A stretch of DNA of 64,000 nucleotides from Sphingomonadales bacterium (lineage in GTDB: Bacteria; Pseudomonadota; Alphaproteobacteria; Sphingomonadales; Sphingomonadaceae), in assembly GCA_043740855.1 (NCBI GenBank), contig JAYUBN010000148.1, positions 7,366-71,365 on the forward strand. The letters are read 5' to 3'. Below the pieces are notes generated by a model. The model did no database searches, was not told the DNA's origin, and was given only the letters and a program-made list of their open reading frames with translations. Positions 9,572-18,247 of this stretch are shown here, one piece after another. The position numbers and the translations under genes were made by a program. Within the stretch, counting starts at the first letter, position 1. Every line of letters begins with the position of its first letter.

Positions 9572-11107
9572 TTACCTTGCTTCAAGCGGCGCGACAGTGA
9601 TGCTGCGCCGCCGGTAAACCACGCCGTCCGCAAACACCGCGACCCGTCCGTAATCATTGGCGACAAACCGGGCCATTGGCGGGAAATTACGGATCGGGTC
9701 GGCATCGCCCCGGTTGGCTTGCGTATCGATGATGAATTCTGGCGGATGGCGGCGCAAATCGCCGGCAAGGTTGCGCCACGCGCCCGGAACGATCCGGTTT
9801 TGGGTAGAGAGCCCCGGCAATGCTCCGCCAAAAATATAGCCGGTCAACGGAAAGGTGGCGATATAACGGCTGGCAGGCAGCATCGCGGCATCAACATAGA
9901 ACGATGTCTGTTGGCCCCAGACGAACAGCCGATCGGTGGGTCGCGCCTGCGAGCCGACATAGCTCGCAGCGGGCGACGGCGCTCGTTCGGCAAGGAGTTG
10001 TCCGGTCTGCACGCCGAGCGACACCAGCCCCGCCACCGCCAGCCAGCTGCGGGCAAAGCGCAGCGAAACCCATCGCGCCCGCAGCACCCCCGCCAGATCA
10101 TCCACCCGTGCATAGGCAACCCCCGCCAGCACCGCCAGCGGCGGCACGATCTGGATGTAGTAATGCGGGTAAAACCGTCCCCCGGCGGCGGCGCCGACCA
10201 CGGACACCGCCAGCCAGCCCAGCACGGTGAACATCTCCGCTTCGCTGTCGCGCCATGCCCGCCGCAGCGGTTGCCAGGCCAGCAGCGGCACGACCAATGG
10301 CAATGCAAACAGCAGGAATAAGGCGCTATGCTGGGCGGCGTGCTGCCAAAAGACATGCGGCACGCTATGGTCTGCCATCGTCCAGTACCAGGCCTCGCCC
10401 AGCAAACCGTATTGCCACAGGATCGCCGCTGTCACTGCCACCACGCTGGCGAAGCCCGCCGCCAGCGCCGCTGCTTGCCGGATCGCCCCGTTCCAGCGCG
10501 CCTCCTTTCGCCACAGCGGCGCGCCAAGCAGGGCCAATCCCAACGGAACGGCGGCGATGGCGGCAGGTTGCTTGAGCAGAAATGCCGTCCCCAGCAGCGC
10601 CCCGGCCAGCGCCGCTGTGGCGACCCGGCGGTGGCATCGGGGCAACACCAGCGCATAGGCCCAGACCAACGGCAGGTTCATCAGCATTTCGCCGTTAAAG
10701 GCCAGGTTCTTGGCTGTCGCCCACGGCTGGACCAGCGCATAGGCCAGCGCCGCCATCAGCCCGGCACGGCGTCCACCCAGGCGCCGCGCCAAAACGAACA
10801 GCCCGGCCATGGTCAGCAGCACCCAGGCCGTCGCTACGGCGTGCAGCGCCAACCAGTTATAGGCCCCGAACAGCCGGAATACCGCCCAATAAACCACGAA
10901 CAGCAGCGGCGGCTTGCGCTCGATCGCATCGTGATAAGGCAGCCCGCCAGCAAGCATGACCCGGGCGACGACGCCATAGACCGCCTCATCATCGATCGCC
11001 CGCGGATAGAGCAGCGCCGGCAGCCGCGTTACAACTGCCACTGCGATCATCGTCAGCCACATGCGCAGCCCGTTTGCGATACCCGCATCATTCGCCCGCG
11101 ATTGCAC
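9572..11107 (-). CDS. GT-C fold glycosyltransferase (ArnT/PMT_2, GT39/83-like)
   Basis: DDEAVY in first periplasmic loop, RKPPL, NGE, LLKQPA, FYPHYY; about 11 TM segments plus periplasmic C-domain. Confidence 0.8.
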   Translation of the reverse strand: MQSRANDAGIANGLRMWLTMIAVAVVTRLPALLYPRAIDDEAVYGVVARVMLAGGLPYHDAIERKPPLLFVVYWAVFRLFGAYNWLALHAVATAWVLLTMAGLFVLARRLGGRRAGLMAALAYALVQPWATAKNLAFNGEMLMNLPLVWAYALVLPRCHRRVATAALAGALLGTAFLLKQPAAIAAVPLGLALLGAPLWRKEARWNGAIRQAAALAAGFASVVAVTAAILWQYGLLGEAWYWTMADHSVPHVFWQHAAQHSALFLLFALPLVVPLLAWQPLRRAWRDSEAEMFTVLGWLAVSVVGAAAGGRFYPHYYIQIVPPLAVLAGVAYARVDDLAGVLRARWVSLRFARSWLAVAGLVSLGVQTGQLLAERAPSPAASYVGSQARPTDRLFVWGQQTSFYVDAAMLPASRYIATFPLTGYIFGGALPGLSTQNRIVPGAWRNLAGDLRRHPPEFIIDTQANRGDADPIRNFPPMARFVANDYGRVAVFADGVVYRRRSITVAPLEAR

Positions 11108-11272
11108 CCGGCATTCCCCTTGTCATCTCGTCGCAATTCGGCGCGATTTACACTTCTGTCAGGCTTTCCGGATTGGCAATGCTATTTCAGGGCTATGACC
11201 ACGGCTTATTGCCCGCTACGGGATTGCCGCATGAAGCACACCGATAAAGAAAGCCGGAATGGCTAGCGCGCC

Positions 11273-12877
11273 TTGTTAAACGCGCCGATTGTCACGGAGT
11301 GGTTGCCGCTCGACACAGCAACCATTGGCGTCCTGGATTTGTCGACCGGGGTTCATGGCCAGCCGTCCGGTGCAATCGTGGCCCAATTACAGACGGTCTG
11401 GCTGCAGATCCTGCTTTGTGTCGCCGCCGCCCTCCCGCTGTTCTGGCCGCAGATGCCGCCGCTGACCGACCTGGGTGGCCATCTTGGACGTTTCGCCGTC
11501 CAGATCGACGGGGGCGTTACGGCCAGCCTGCGGCAATGGTACAGCTTTCACTGGCACGTCATCCCCAACCTGGGCACCGATCTGCTGATGCAGCTGCTGG
11601 CCCCGCGCATGGGGCTGGAGCCGGCGCTGAAAGCGATCGTGATCGGCATTGTTCTGGTGCAGACCGCCGGCTTCCTGATGCTGGCAAAAATCGTCCATGG
11701 CCACGTGCCACCCACGGCCCTGCTCGCGCTGCCGCTGGTCTATGGCTATCCTTTCCAGTTCGGCTTTCTCAATTTTGCGCTGTGTACGGCGTTTGGTACC
11801 TGGGCGCTGGTGCTGTGGATATACCTTGACCGGCCCGGACTTGGCCTGCGCCGCTGGCTGGCCTTTGTCCCCATCGCCGGCGCGCTGTGGATCTGCCATC
11901 TGGCCGGTTGGGCGCTGTTCTGCGTGTTGGCGGCCGGCGTCGAGTTTGCCCGCTGGCGCGAACGCGGGTTGTTGTGGCGCGATGTCTGTGTCCGCTCTGC
12001 GGCTCCCCTGTCGTGCCTGCTGTTGCCGTGCCTGATGTTTGTGTTCTGGCCCCATGTCGCGGGCACGCCCGGCGTGACGCAGGGCTGGTTCGAGATCATC
12101 GCCAAGCTTGGCATGATCGTCATGGCCTTGCGCGACCGTTGGGGAGTCTGGGACGTAGCCTCGGCGCTGTTGCTGCTCGGCATCATCGGTTGGACGTGGC
12201 GTTCGGGGCGCTTCAGCCGACACTCAGGGCTGGCGCTGGGGGCCCTGTTGGCCAGCGCCGCCTTCGTCATTGTTCCCAAACATGTCGGCGGCACCAGCTT
12301 TGTCGATATGCGGCTGGTGCCGCTGATCCTGGCCATCGCGCTGATTGCGGTGCGCCCCCGCGACGACTGCCCCCGCCGCATTGTCGAGGCGCTGGCTGCG
12401 GCAGCGCTGCTGTTCGTGGGCGCCCGGTTTGTTGGTAATGCCGCCAGCCTGGCACTTTTCGACCGGCAATTCGCACAGGATCTGGCAATTCTGGACGCGA
12501 TGCCGCAGGACGCGCAACTGGTTACCCTGTCGGTGAAGCCGTGCGTCCGGAATGAGCCTTGGTTGCGCGACCGCAGAACCCATCTCGCCGGGTATGCGCT
12601 GGCACGTCGCCATGATTTCGCCAATGACCAGTGGCTGGTGGCAGGAGGCCAGTTGTTGCAGGTGCATGATGCAGCAGTCGGCCCGTTTATCGGCGACCCG
12701 TCGCAAGGCGCCAGCCCCACGGCTTGCAGGGGAAACCCCGGCCTGTTCAATGTGGTCGCAAAAGTACCGCCGGCGGTGCCATACCTGTGGATTATCGAGA
12801 ACGGCGTAGCGCGCGATTTCCCCGGCTGGACCCCCATCCGCAAATCGGCGGGATCGGTGCTCTACACGCGCAATTAA
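11273..12877 (+). CDS. Polytopic membrane protein, probable GT-C-like glycosyltransferase
   Basis: PPLTDLGGHLGR loop after first TM, GFLNF, CHL, many TM helices, soluble C-domain; true start may be downstream (e.g. GTG 11378). Confidence 0.6.
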   Translation: MLNAPIVTEWLPLDTATIGVLDLSTGVHGQPSGAIVAQLQTVWLQILLCVAAALPLFWPQMPPLTDLGGHLGRFAVQIDGGVTASLRQWYSFHWHVIPNLGTDLLMQLLAPRMGLEPALKAIVIGIVLVQTAGFLMLAKIVHGHVPPTALLALPLVYGYPFQFGFLNFALCTAFGTWALVLWIYLDRPGLGLRRWLAFVPIAGALWICHLAGWALFCVLAAGVEFARWRERGLLWRDVCVRSAAPLSCLLLPCLMFVFWPHVAGTPGVTQGWFEIIAKLGMIVMALRDRWGVWDVASALLLLGIIGWTWRSGRFSRHSGLALGALLASAAFVIVPKHVGGTSFVDMRLVPLILAIALIAVRPRDDCPRRIVEALAAAALLFVGARFVGNAASLALFDRQFAQDLAILDAMPQDAQLVTLSVKPCVRNEPWLRDRRTHLAGYALARRHDFANDQWLVAGGQLLQVHDAAVGPFIGDPSQGASPTACRGNPGLFNVVAKVPPAVPYLWIIENGVARDFPGWTPIRKSAGSVLYTRN

Positions 12878-12895
12878 GGCATCATGCCGGGCAGT

Positions 12896-13849
12896 TCAGC
12901 CAGCTGCGGCCATTTCGGCCGCGTATGCCACCGCTAACGCCCCCAGCAGGCCTGAATCGCGTTGCAGGCCCGGCGCAACTACCACCTCGCGCGGGTCACC
13001 GACGAAATAGCCGTTGCCGGCCTCGGCTGCATGGCGGCGTATCTTGTCCAGCAGGCCGGGCGTTTCCATGACGCCGCCGCCCAGCACTATTCGTGCAGGC
13101 TCGAGAATCGCCTGAAAGGTTCCGACTGCCTGCCCCAGATACCAGGCGATCATCTCAGCCTCAGGCATCTCAGCCTCGGGCATTTCGGCTTGGGACTGAT
13201 CGTCACTGGCTTTGACCAGAGCGAGACGGGAAAGCGATTGTCCCCAGCGGGCGATGATCGCCGTGCCGCTGGCCAGGCCTTCAAGGCAATCGCCGTGAAA
13301 ACGGCACGTGCCGGTAAAGGCGCCATCGTCGCGATGTCGCGGCACGCGGATATGGCCCATCTCCGGATGCGACACCCCGGCCAGCAGCCGCCCCCCTTTT
13401 CCAAAACCACCGCCGCTGACATAGCCACCGCCGATGCCGGTGCCCACGGTAAGATACAGCAGCGAATTATGTCCCCGGCCCACACCCCAGCGGCTTTCGG
13501 CGAGCGCCGCGCCGTTGACGTCGGTCTCCAGGCCCACCGGGCAATTGAACGCGCCGACAAGCGGCCCGACCAGATCGGCGCCGTCCCAATGTGGCTTGGG
13601 AGTGCGGGTGATGTGGCCCCAGCCGGGGCTGGTACGATCAAGGTCGAGCGGGCCAAAACTGCCGATACCGATCGCTGAAGGTCGCAAACCAGTCTCGCGA
13701 AACCATGCGATTACTGCGCCAAACACGTCGGCGGGGGTAGTGGTGTCGATGCGGTGGCGCGCGATTATGGCGCCAGTCTCGTCGGCGATGCCCAGTACGA
13801 ATTTGGTGCCGCCCGCTTCGATCAGGCCATATTGCCCCACACTTGCCAC
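12896..13849 (-). CDS. ROK-family sugar kinase (fructokinase-like)
   Basis: IEAGGTKF, GSFGPLDL, TDVNGAALAE, TVGTGIGGG, HPEMGH, CRFHGDCLEGLASG. Confidence 0.92.
   Translation of the reverse strand: MASVGQYGLIEAGGTKFVLGIADETGAIIARHRIDTTTPADVFGAVIAWFRETGLRPSAIGIGSFGPLDLDRTSPGWGHITRTPKPHWDGADLVGPLVGAFNCPVGLETDVNGAALAESRWGVGRGHNSLLYLTVGTGIGGGYVSGGGFGKGGRLLAGVSHPEMGHIRVPRHRDDGAFTGTCRFHGDCLEGLASGTAIIARWGQSLSRLALVKASDDQSQAEMPEAEMPEAEMIAWYLGQAVGTFQAILEPARIVLGGGVMETPGLLDKIRRHAAEAGNGYFVGDPREVVVAPGLQRDSGLLGALAVAYAAEMAAAG
13151..13190 (-). repeat. 15-bp coding tandem repeat (AEMPE x2.7)
   Basis: catctcagcctcagg catctcagcctcggg catttcggct. Confidence 0.85.
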
Positions 13850-14156
13850 CTTTCTTGCTGCTGATCTGTAAAGATGGGTAACGGCCAGCGTTTATGCACT
13901 CTCACCAGTATCCTGTTATACAACATCTTTATGTCTGGCCAGATACCTCATCGAGTTTGCCAGAAAGTCCCAAGTCAACCGGCGCGAGTAACAGGTAGCC
14001 CCTTACCCTTGTTCATTCCCGGTCTCCACGCCTGGCTGTTCGCATCGGCGGCGCGCCTAGAGAATCCTGCGTTTAAACTGGTTCACCGCGATCTTTCCTC
14101 ATTTGTGAAGCCGTCAGGTTGCAGGGCCGACGCAGGGGCTGCCAAAGTGCTCATCT

Positions 14157-14360
14157 TCATATTTGCGACTGTCGCTGCAAGCTGCCTTCGAGACGGACGA
14201 GCAACTTATCGAGGTCCCCAGGCACACGCTCCTCGACCACGCCCGCATACAATTGCTGCAAGGTCGATGCCCAGCCGGGCGCGCCGGCCACACCCGGCCT
14301 TTCCGGTGCAAGGCGCGAAAATTTGCCGACATTGCAAAACTGATTCATTTCCAATCTCAC
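14157..14360 (-). CDS. nepR: NepR-family anti-sigma factor (copy 1)
   Basis: WASTLQQLYAGVVEERVPGDLDKLLVRLE fits the NepR core (LxxLYxxVVxExxPxxxxxLLxxL); GGAG 8 nt before GTG. Confidence 0.8.
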   Translation of the reverse strand: MRLEMNQFCNVGKFSRLAPERPGVAGAPGWASTLQQLYAGVVEERVPGDLDKLLVRLEGSLQRQSQI

Positions 14361-14390
14361 ACATTACTCTCCGCGATACTGGCTGATTTG

Positions 14391-14419
14391 TGGAACTACC
14401 GGTGGGGCGGATCGTTCCA
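14391..14419. promoter_or_regulatory. Bidirectional EcfG (sigmaT-type) promoter
   Basis: TGGAAC-N17-GTTCCA: + strand GGAAC-N16-CGTT (14392-14416); - strand GGAAC-N16-AGTT (14418-14394). Confidence 0.8.
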
Positions 14420-14573
14420 TGAGATGAGCTACCAGACGACTGACTTTGCGAGCACCACGATGGTTGGATGGTGCCCTTGAAGTCCCCTGAACGATATGAA
14501 TGTCGTGCCGGCGACGAGACCTGAATGGCAACGCAGCCAGCATCACAATCGCCAATTTCTTGACGGATTACAC

Positions 14574-16190
14574 ATGGAACAATCGAGGGACAGCGATCAG
14601 GGGCCGGGCTGGCTAGTGCGTTCCCCGCGCAGGTTGCAAATGGCGGTGTACGTTCTGGTCGGCGCGGTCAGCCTGTTGGGCGTGTATGGAATCGAAAACG
14701 CCGAGATGCGCCGTCGTCATGCCACGCTGGAACGTAATGCCGCCGATATCGCAGCGTCACTGCGCAATCTCGATACCGAGCATGAAATCTATCTGCGCGC
14801 CAGCGCCGCATTGTTGCAAGCGCACGACCCGGTCACGGCGCAGGATTTCAACCAATTGCAAAGTCAGCTGAACTTCGATCGTTATCGTCAGGGTGCGCTG
14901 GGCGTGGGCTGGGCCCCGCGCGTGCGGGCGGACAATGATCCGCGTGACGCATTTCCCATCGCCTTCCTCGACCCGCCAGCCCCCAAAAATGCTGCCGCCG
15001 TGGGATATGACGGATATTCCGAGCCAGCGCGGCGCGCAGCCATGGACCAGGCTGCGGCTATTCACGCCCCGGTAGCGACGGGGCCAATCGAGCTGATTCA
15101 GGACAACGGTCGCGCCCCGCAAGCAGGGTTCCTGATCTACATGCCGGTGTTCGACCAACCCGTCCTCCCGCAGGCGGCGTCATTGCGGGGCCCATTACGC
15201 GGCTATGTCTTCATGCCGTTTCGCGCGCGCGCTGTGCTGGCCATTGCCAACCAATTGTCTGCCGACGACAATATCAGTGTTGCTGCGTATGACGGAAAAG
15301 TCGCTCCAGACCGGCTGATGGCGTGGCTGGGTAATCCTGCGGATGCGGGCGCCCGGCTGGTCACGCAAGTACAAATGGGTAATCGGCCGTGGCAACTGGT
15401 GGTCAGTGCGCCCCGCCCCGTTGGTCTTTCGCGCCTGTCGCAGATCACCATCCTGTCGGGGTTGGTTGTTGCGCTGCTGCTGGCTGTGCTGATCCGCATG
15501 ACCTACCACCAGATCAACGAGGAACGCTATCTGATGGAACGCAAAGCCAGCGAGGCCGGCATCCGCAACGCACTGACGCGTGAGCTCAACCATCGCGTCA
15601 AAAATACGCTGGCGACAGTGCTGTCGATCGTTACTTTGACCCGGCGCCGCGAAACCGACCTCGACAGCTATGTGACGAGCTTGAGCGGCCGCATCCGCGC
15701 GCTATCGGCGACGCATGATCTGCTGACCTCCAATGACTGGTCAAGCATCGAGCTGCGCCAGATCATCGTCGCCGAACTGTCCCCCTATATCGGTGCAAAT
15801 GATAATCATGTCAGCCTCAACGGACCCGATCTTCGGCTATCTCCCAACGATTCGCTGACGCTGGGGCTGGCAGTGCATGAACTTGCCACCAATGCCGCCA
15901 AATATGGCGCGCTGAGCGCGCTCACCGGCCGCATCAACATCTGCTGGCAAAAATTGAACGAGCAGCTCGTCGAAATTCATTGGCAAGAAACCGGAGGCCC
16001 GGTGGTGACCGAACCCTCAAAACGCGGCTTTGGTCGGGAATTGATTGAAAAAATTTTAGCTCTTGAACTGAATTCGCCAGTGAGCCTGGATTTTGCGCCA
16101 GACGGCGTGCAATGCGTGTTACGGGTTCCGCTGCGCAGACCTGGTTCGTTTGTGCTCCGCACCCAGCAACATTTGCCGGCGCCACCATGA
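14574..16190 (+). CDS. CHASE-domain HWE-type sensor histidine kinase
   Basis: Two TMs flanking CHASE (GVGWAPRV, YSEPARRAAM, GFLIYMPV); ELNHRVKNTL, HELATNAAKYGAL, WQE, GFGRELIE; alternative start 14496. Confidence 0.92.
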   Translation: MEQSRDSDQGPGWLVRSPRRLQMAVYVLVGAVSLLGVYGIENAEMRRRHATLERNAADIAASLRNLDTEHEIYLRASAALLQAHDPVTAQDFNQLQSQLNFDRYRQGALGVGWAPRVRADNDPRDAFPIAFLDPPAPKNAAAVGYDGYSEPARRAAMDQAAAIHAPVATGPIELIQDNGRAPQAGFLIYMPVFDQPVLPQAASLRGPLRGYVFMPFRARAVLAIANQLSADDNISVAAYDGKVAPDRLMAWLGNPADAGARLVTQVQMGNRPWQLVVSAPRPVGLSRLSQITILSGLVVALLLAVLIRMTYHQINEERYLMERKASEAGIRNALTRELNHRVKNTLATVLSIVTLTRRRETDLDSYVTSLSGRIRALSATHDLLTSNDWSSIELRQIIVAELSPYIGANDNHVSLNGPDLRLSPNDSLTLGLAVHELATNAAKYGALSALTGRINICWQKLNEQLVEIHWQETGGPVVTEPSKRGFGRELIEKILALELNSPVSLDFAPDGVQCVLRVPLRRPGSFVLRTQQHLPAPP

Positions 16191-16508
16191 AAGTCAGCTC
16201 AAGCTTGACAGGTCATCCAAGCCGGTTTTACCATTGGTCGTGTGAATAGGCCATGTCATCGCTAAACCAGTCATTCCATTCAAGAACTGTGCCATTCTCA
16301 ACGCTGTACCAAAGGGCAGGGGTCCAATTGGCTGGATGTAACGTACGAAAGCGAATTAATTTTGGCGAAAGCGCCAATATGGCACTGACCCAGCCCTTTT
16401 CGGCGAAGCATGATTGCCGGACCGATCTACTCTAAACTCTACTCCCAATATTTTTTATCAGAACGGTTTAGCTCAAAGACATCGTCTCACTGCTCGCGAA
16501 AGGCCACC

Positions 16509-17321
16509 ATGTCTGCTGTAGCACAAATCTCTGTCAATTTGCCCTATCTGCGTCGCTATGCGCGCGCCCTGACCGGGACTCAGTCCTCAGGTGATGCTTA
16601 TGTCCGCTGCACACTGGAAGCAGTCCTCGCGGATCGGGCGTTACTGGACGAAGTGAACAGGGATCGGGCATCGCTTTACGCGGTATTTACGCGAATATGG
16701 TCGGCCGCCTGTATCGAAGTGGCGCCTGACGGCCACCCCGCCCAGTCGCACGAAAGCGCCGCACAGGAACGACTGGCCCGAATCACCCCGGCCAGCCGGC
16801 AGGCCCTGTTGCTGACCACGCTGGAAGATTTCAGCCGCCCGCAAACTGCGACGATCCTGAATCGATCGCTGGCGGAGGTGGAGGAACTGCTGGCCGAAGC
16901 GATTGGCCAGATCGAAGGCGAATTGGCTACTGACGTGCTGATTATCGAGGATGAGCCGCTGATCGCCATGCAACTCGAAGACCTGGTCACCGACCTTGGC
17001 CATACGGTGGTGGGAACTGCCGCCACCCGGGCGCAAGCGGAAAAGCTGTTTGCCGAGCGGCGGCCGTCCCTGGTTTTAGCCGACATCCAGCTGGCAGATG
17101 GCAGTTCGGGCATAGACGCTGTCGATCAGATGCTTAAATTGGCCGATGTTCCCGTCATTTTCATCACCGCATACCCCGAAAAGCTGCTGACCGGTGACCG
17201 GCCAGAGCCGACTTACCTGATCACCAAGCCGTTTCAGGAAGCAACGGTGCGCGCGGCGATCAGCCAGGTACTGTTTTTTGGAACCAGCCGACCTTTGCCA
17301 ACCAGCACCGTTCACCACTGA
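16509..17321 (+). CDS. phyR: PhyR anti-anti-sigma response regulator
   Basis: Sigma-like N-domain LPYLRRYARALTG..GD; receiver LIIEDEPLIA, LADIQLADGSSG, FITAYPE, EPTYLITKPF. Confidence 0.95.
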   Translation: MSAVAQISVNLPYLRRYARALTGTQSSGDAYVRCTLEAVLADRALLDEVNRDRASLYAVFTRIWSAACIEVAPDGHPAQSHESAAQERLARITPASRQALLLTTLEDFSRPQTATILNRSLAEVEELLAEAIGQIEGELATDVLIIEDEPLIAMQLEDLVTDLGHTVVGTAATRAQAEKLFAERRPSLVLADIQLADGSSGIDAVDQMLKLADVPVIFITAYPEKLLTGDRPEPTYLITKPFQEATVRAAISQVLFFGTSRPLPTSTVHH

Positions 17322-17350
17322 AAAAATTTATCACGACGGAAAAGTTCGGG

Positions 17351-17393
17351 GCCAGAGTTCTTGCGGCTGAAAATCAGCCTGAAAAACTCTGGC
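17351..17393. terminator. Stem-loop between phyR and convergent ORF
   Basis: gccagagtt..ggctga-aaa-tcagcc..aactctggc. Confidence 0.45.
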
Positions 17394-17637
17394 AATTATT
17401 CTTTCCGTCATTTTCGGTTAGCCAGATAAAGCAATCCTGCATCCCGAATCCAACGCTCGGATGATAATCCTTCGCCATGCTGAACCCGTTCAACGGGCGA
17501 ACCGCTACCTCATCATATTGTTCATCGTATCCAATGGGTGACAGATCACGGGGCATGATGAACCCGGGAACGTCAGTCACCGCAGGGGATGTAACTTCAG
17601 GATGACGCGGTGTTGATGTTGCGAACTCCTGACTCAA
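17374..17637 (-). CDS. Hypothetical 87-aa protein
   Basis: Only sizeable ORF in the gap, 48 bp downstream of the small membrane gene; no recognised motif. Confidence 0.3.
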   Translation of the reverse strand: MSQEFATSTPRHPEVTSPAVTDVPGFIMPRDLSPIGYDEQYDEVAVRPLNGFSMAKDYHPSVGFGMQDCFIWLTENDGKNNCQSFSG

Positions 17638-17685
17638 TACGCTAGTCTGACATCGCTGCAGCCTATTGAAAATAGCGACCGATTA

Positions 17686-17838
17686 TCAGGTCGATGTCCC
17701 GCGGCCTTTTACGAAATGGAGCACGATCGCTACGCCTGCGATAATCAGAAGAATGTGGATGAACGCCACCGTTACGTGAAAGACGACAAAGCTAAGCACC
17801 CAGAGGATGAGAAAGACTAAGGCGACGCCTGCAAGCAT
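17686..17838 (-). CDS. Small two-TM membrane protein (lmo0937/DUF5670-like)
   Basis: MLAGVALVFLILWVLSFVVFHVTVAFIHILLIIAGVAIVLHFVKGR; AGGAG RBS upstream of ATG 17838. Confidence 0.85.
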   Translation of the reverse strand: MLAGVALVFLILWVLSFVVFHVTVAFIHILLIIAGVAIVLHFVKGRGTST

Positions 17839-17915
17839 GGTAACTCTCCTTCTAGCCAGTAATATAAACGCAATTGCCAAGCAATTTTAGCCATATCAGA
17901 TGGTACAATCCTGAT

Positions 17916-17940
17916 TACGAATGGCTGGCAGGCTTGTTCC
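17916..17940 (-). promoter_or_regulatory. EcfG-type promoter
   Basis: GGAAC-N16-CGTA upstream of small membrane gene. Confidence 0.65.
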
Positions 17941-17980
17941 GCAGGGCAAGAAATTCCCAGCTAATCCTTTCACCAAAGGA

Positions 17981-18238
17981 GCGGAGACCCTGACCCCTGA
18001 GGACGGATTCCAACTGTTCCCGGCAAGGTGCGGACGAAAGGGCAATGTGGCCCATTATTTCGAGACCGGGCCGCTGCCCGAAAATTCCGGGCCGAGACCC
18101 GCCAGAATTTACCCGCAGGTCTATGTCGGAGCGGGTGGATGACTGACCATCGCTATCGCCGCTCCTGGTGGTTCGATCCTGACAACTGCATTCCTCTGGG
18201 CCAGGTCGGAGGCAAATGTCAGGGCTCGGGGTCTCCGC
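17981..18238. other. Inverted-repeat-bounded intergenic element (MITE-like or structured RNA)
   Basis: gcggagaccctgacccctga (17981-18000) vs reverse complement of 18219-18238 gcggagaccccgagccctga, 18/20 identical; internal hairpins. Confidence 0.5.
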
Positions 18239-18247
18239 CCCTTGGCA

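Noticed and set aside
14040-14156. Possible ecfG remnant downstream of nepR1 (MSTLAAP...; NQFKRR)
   Set aside because: Similarity is limited to a few residues and cannot be told from chance
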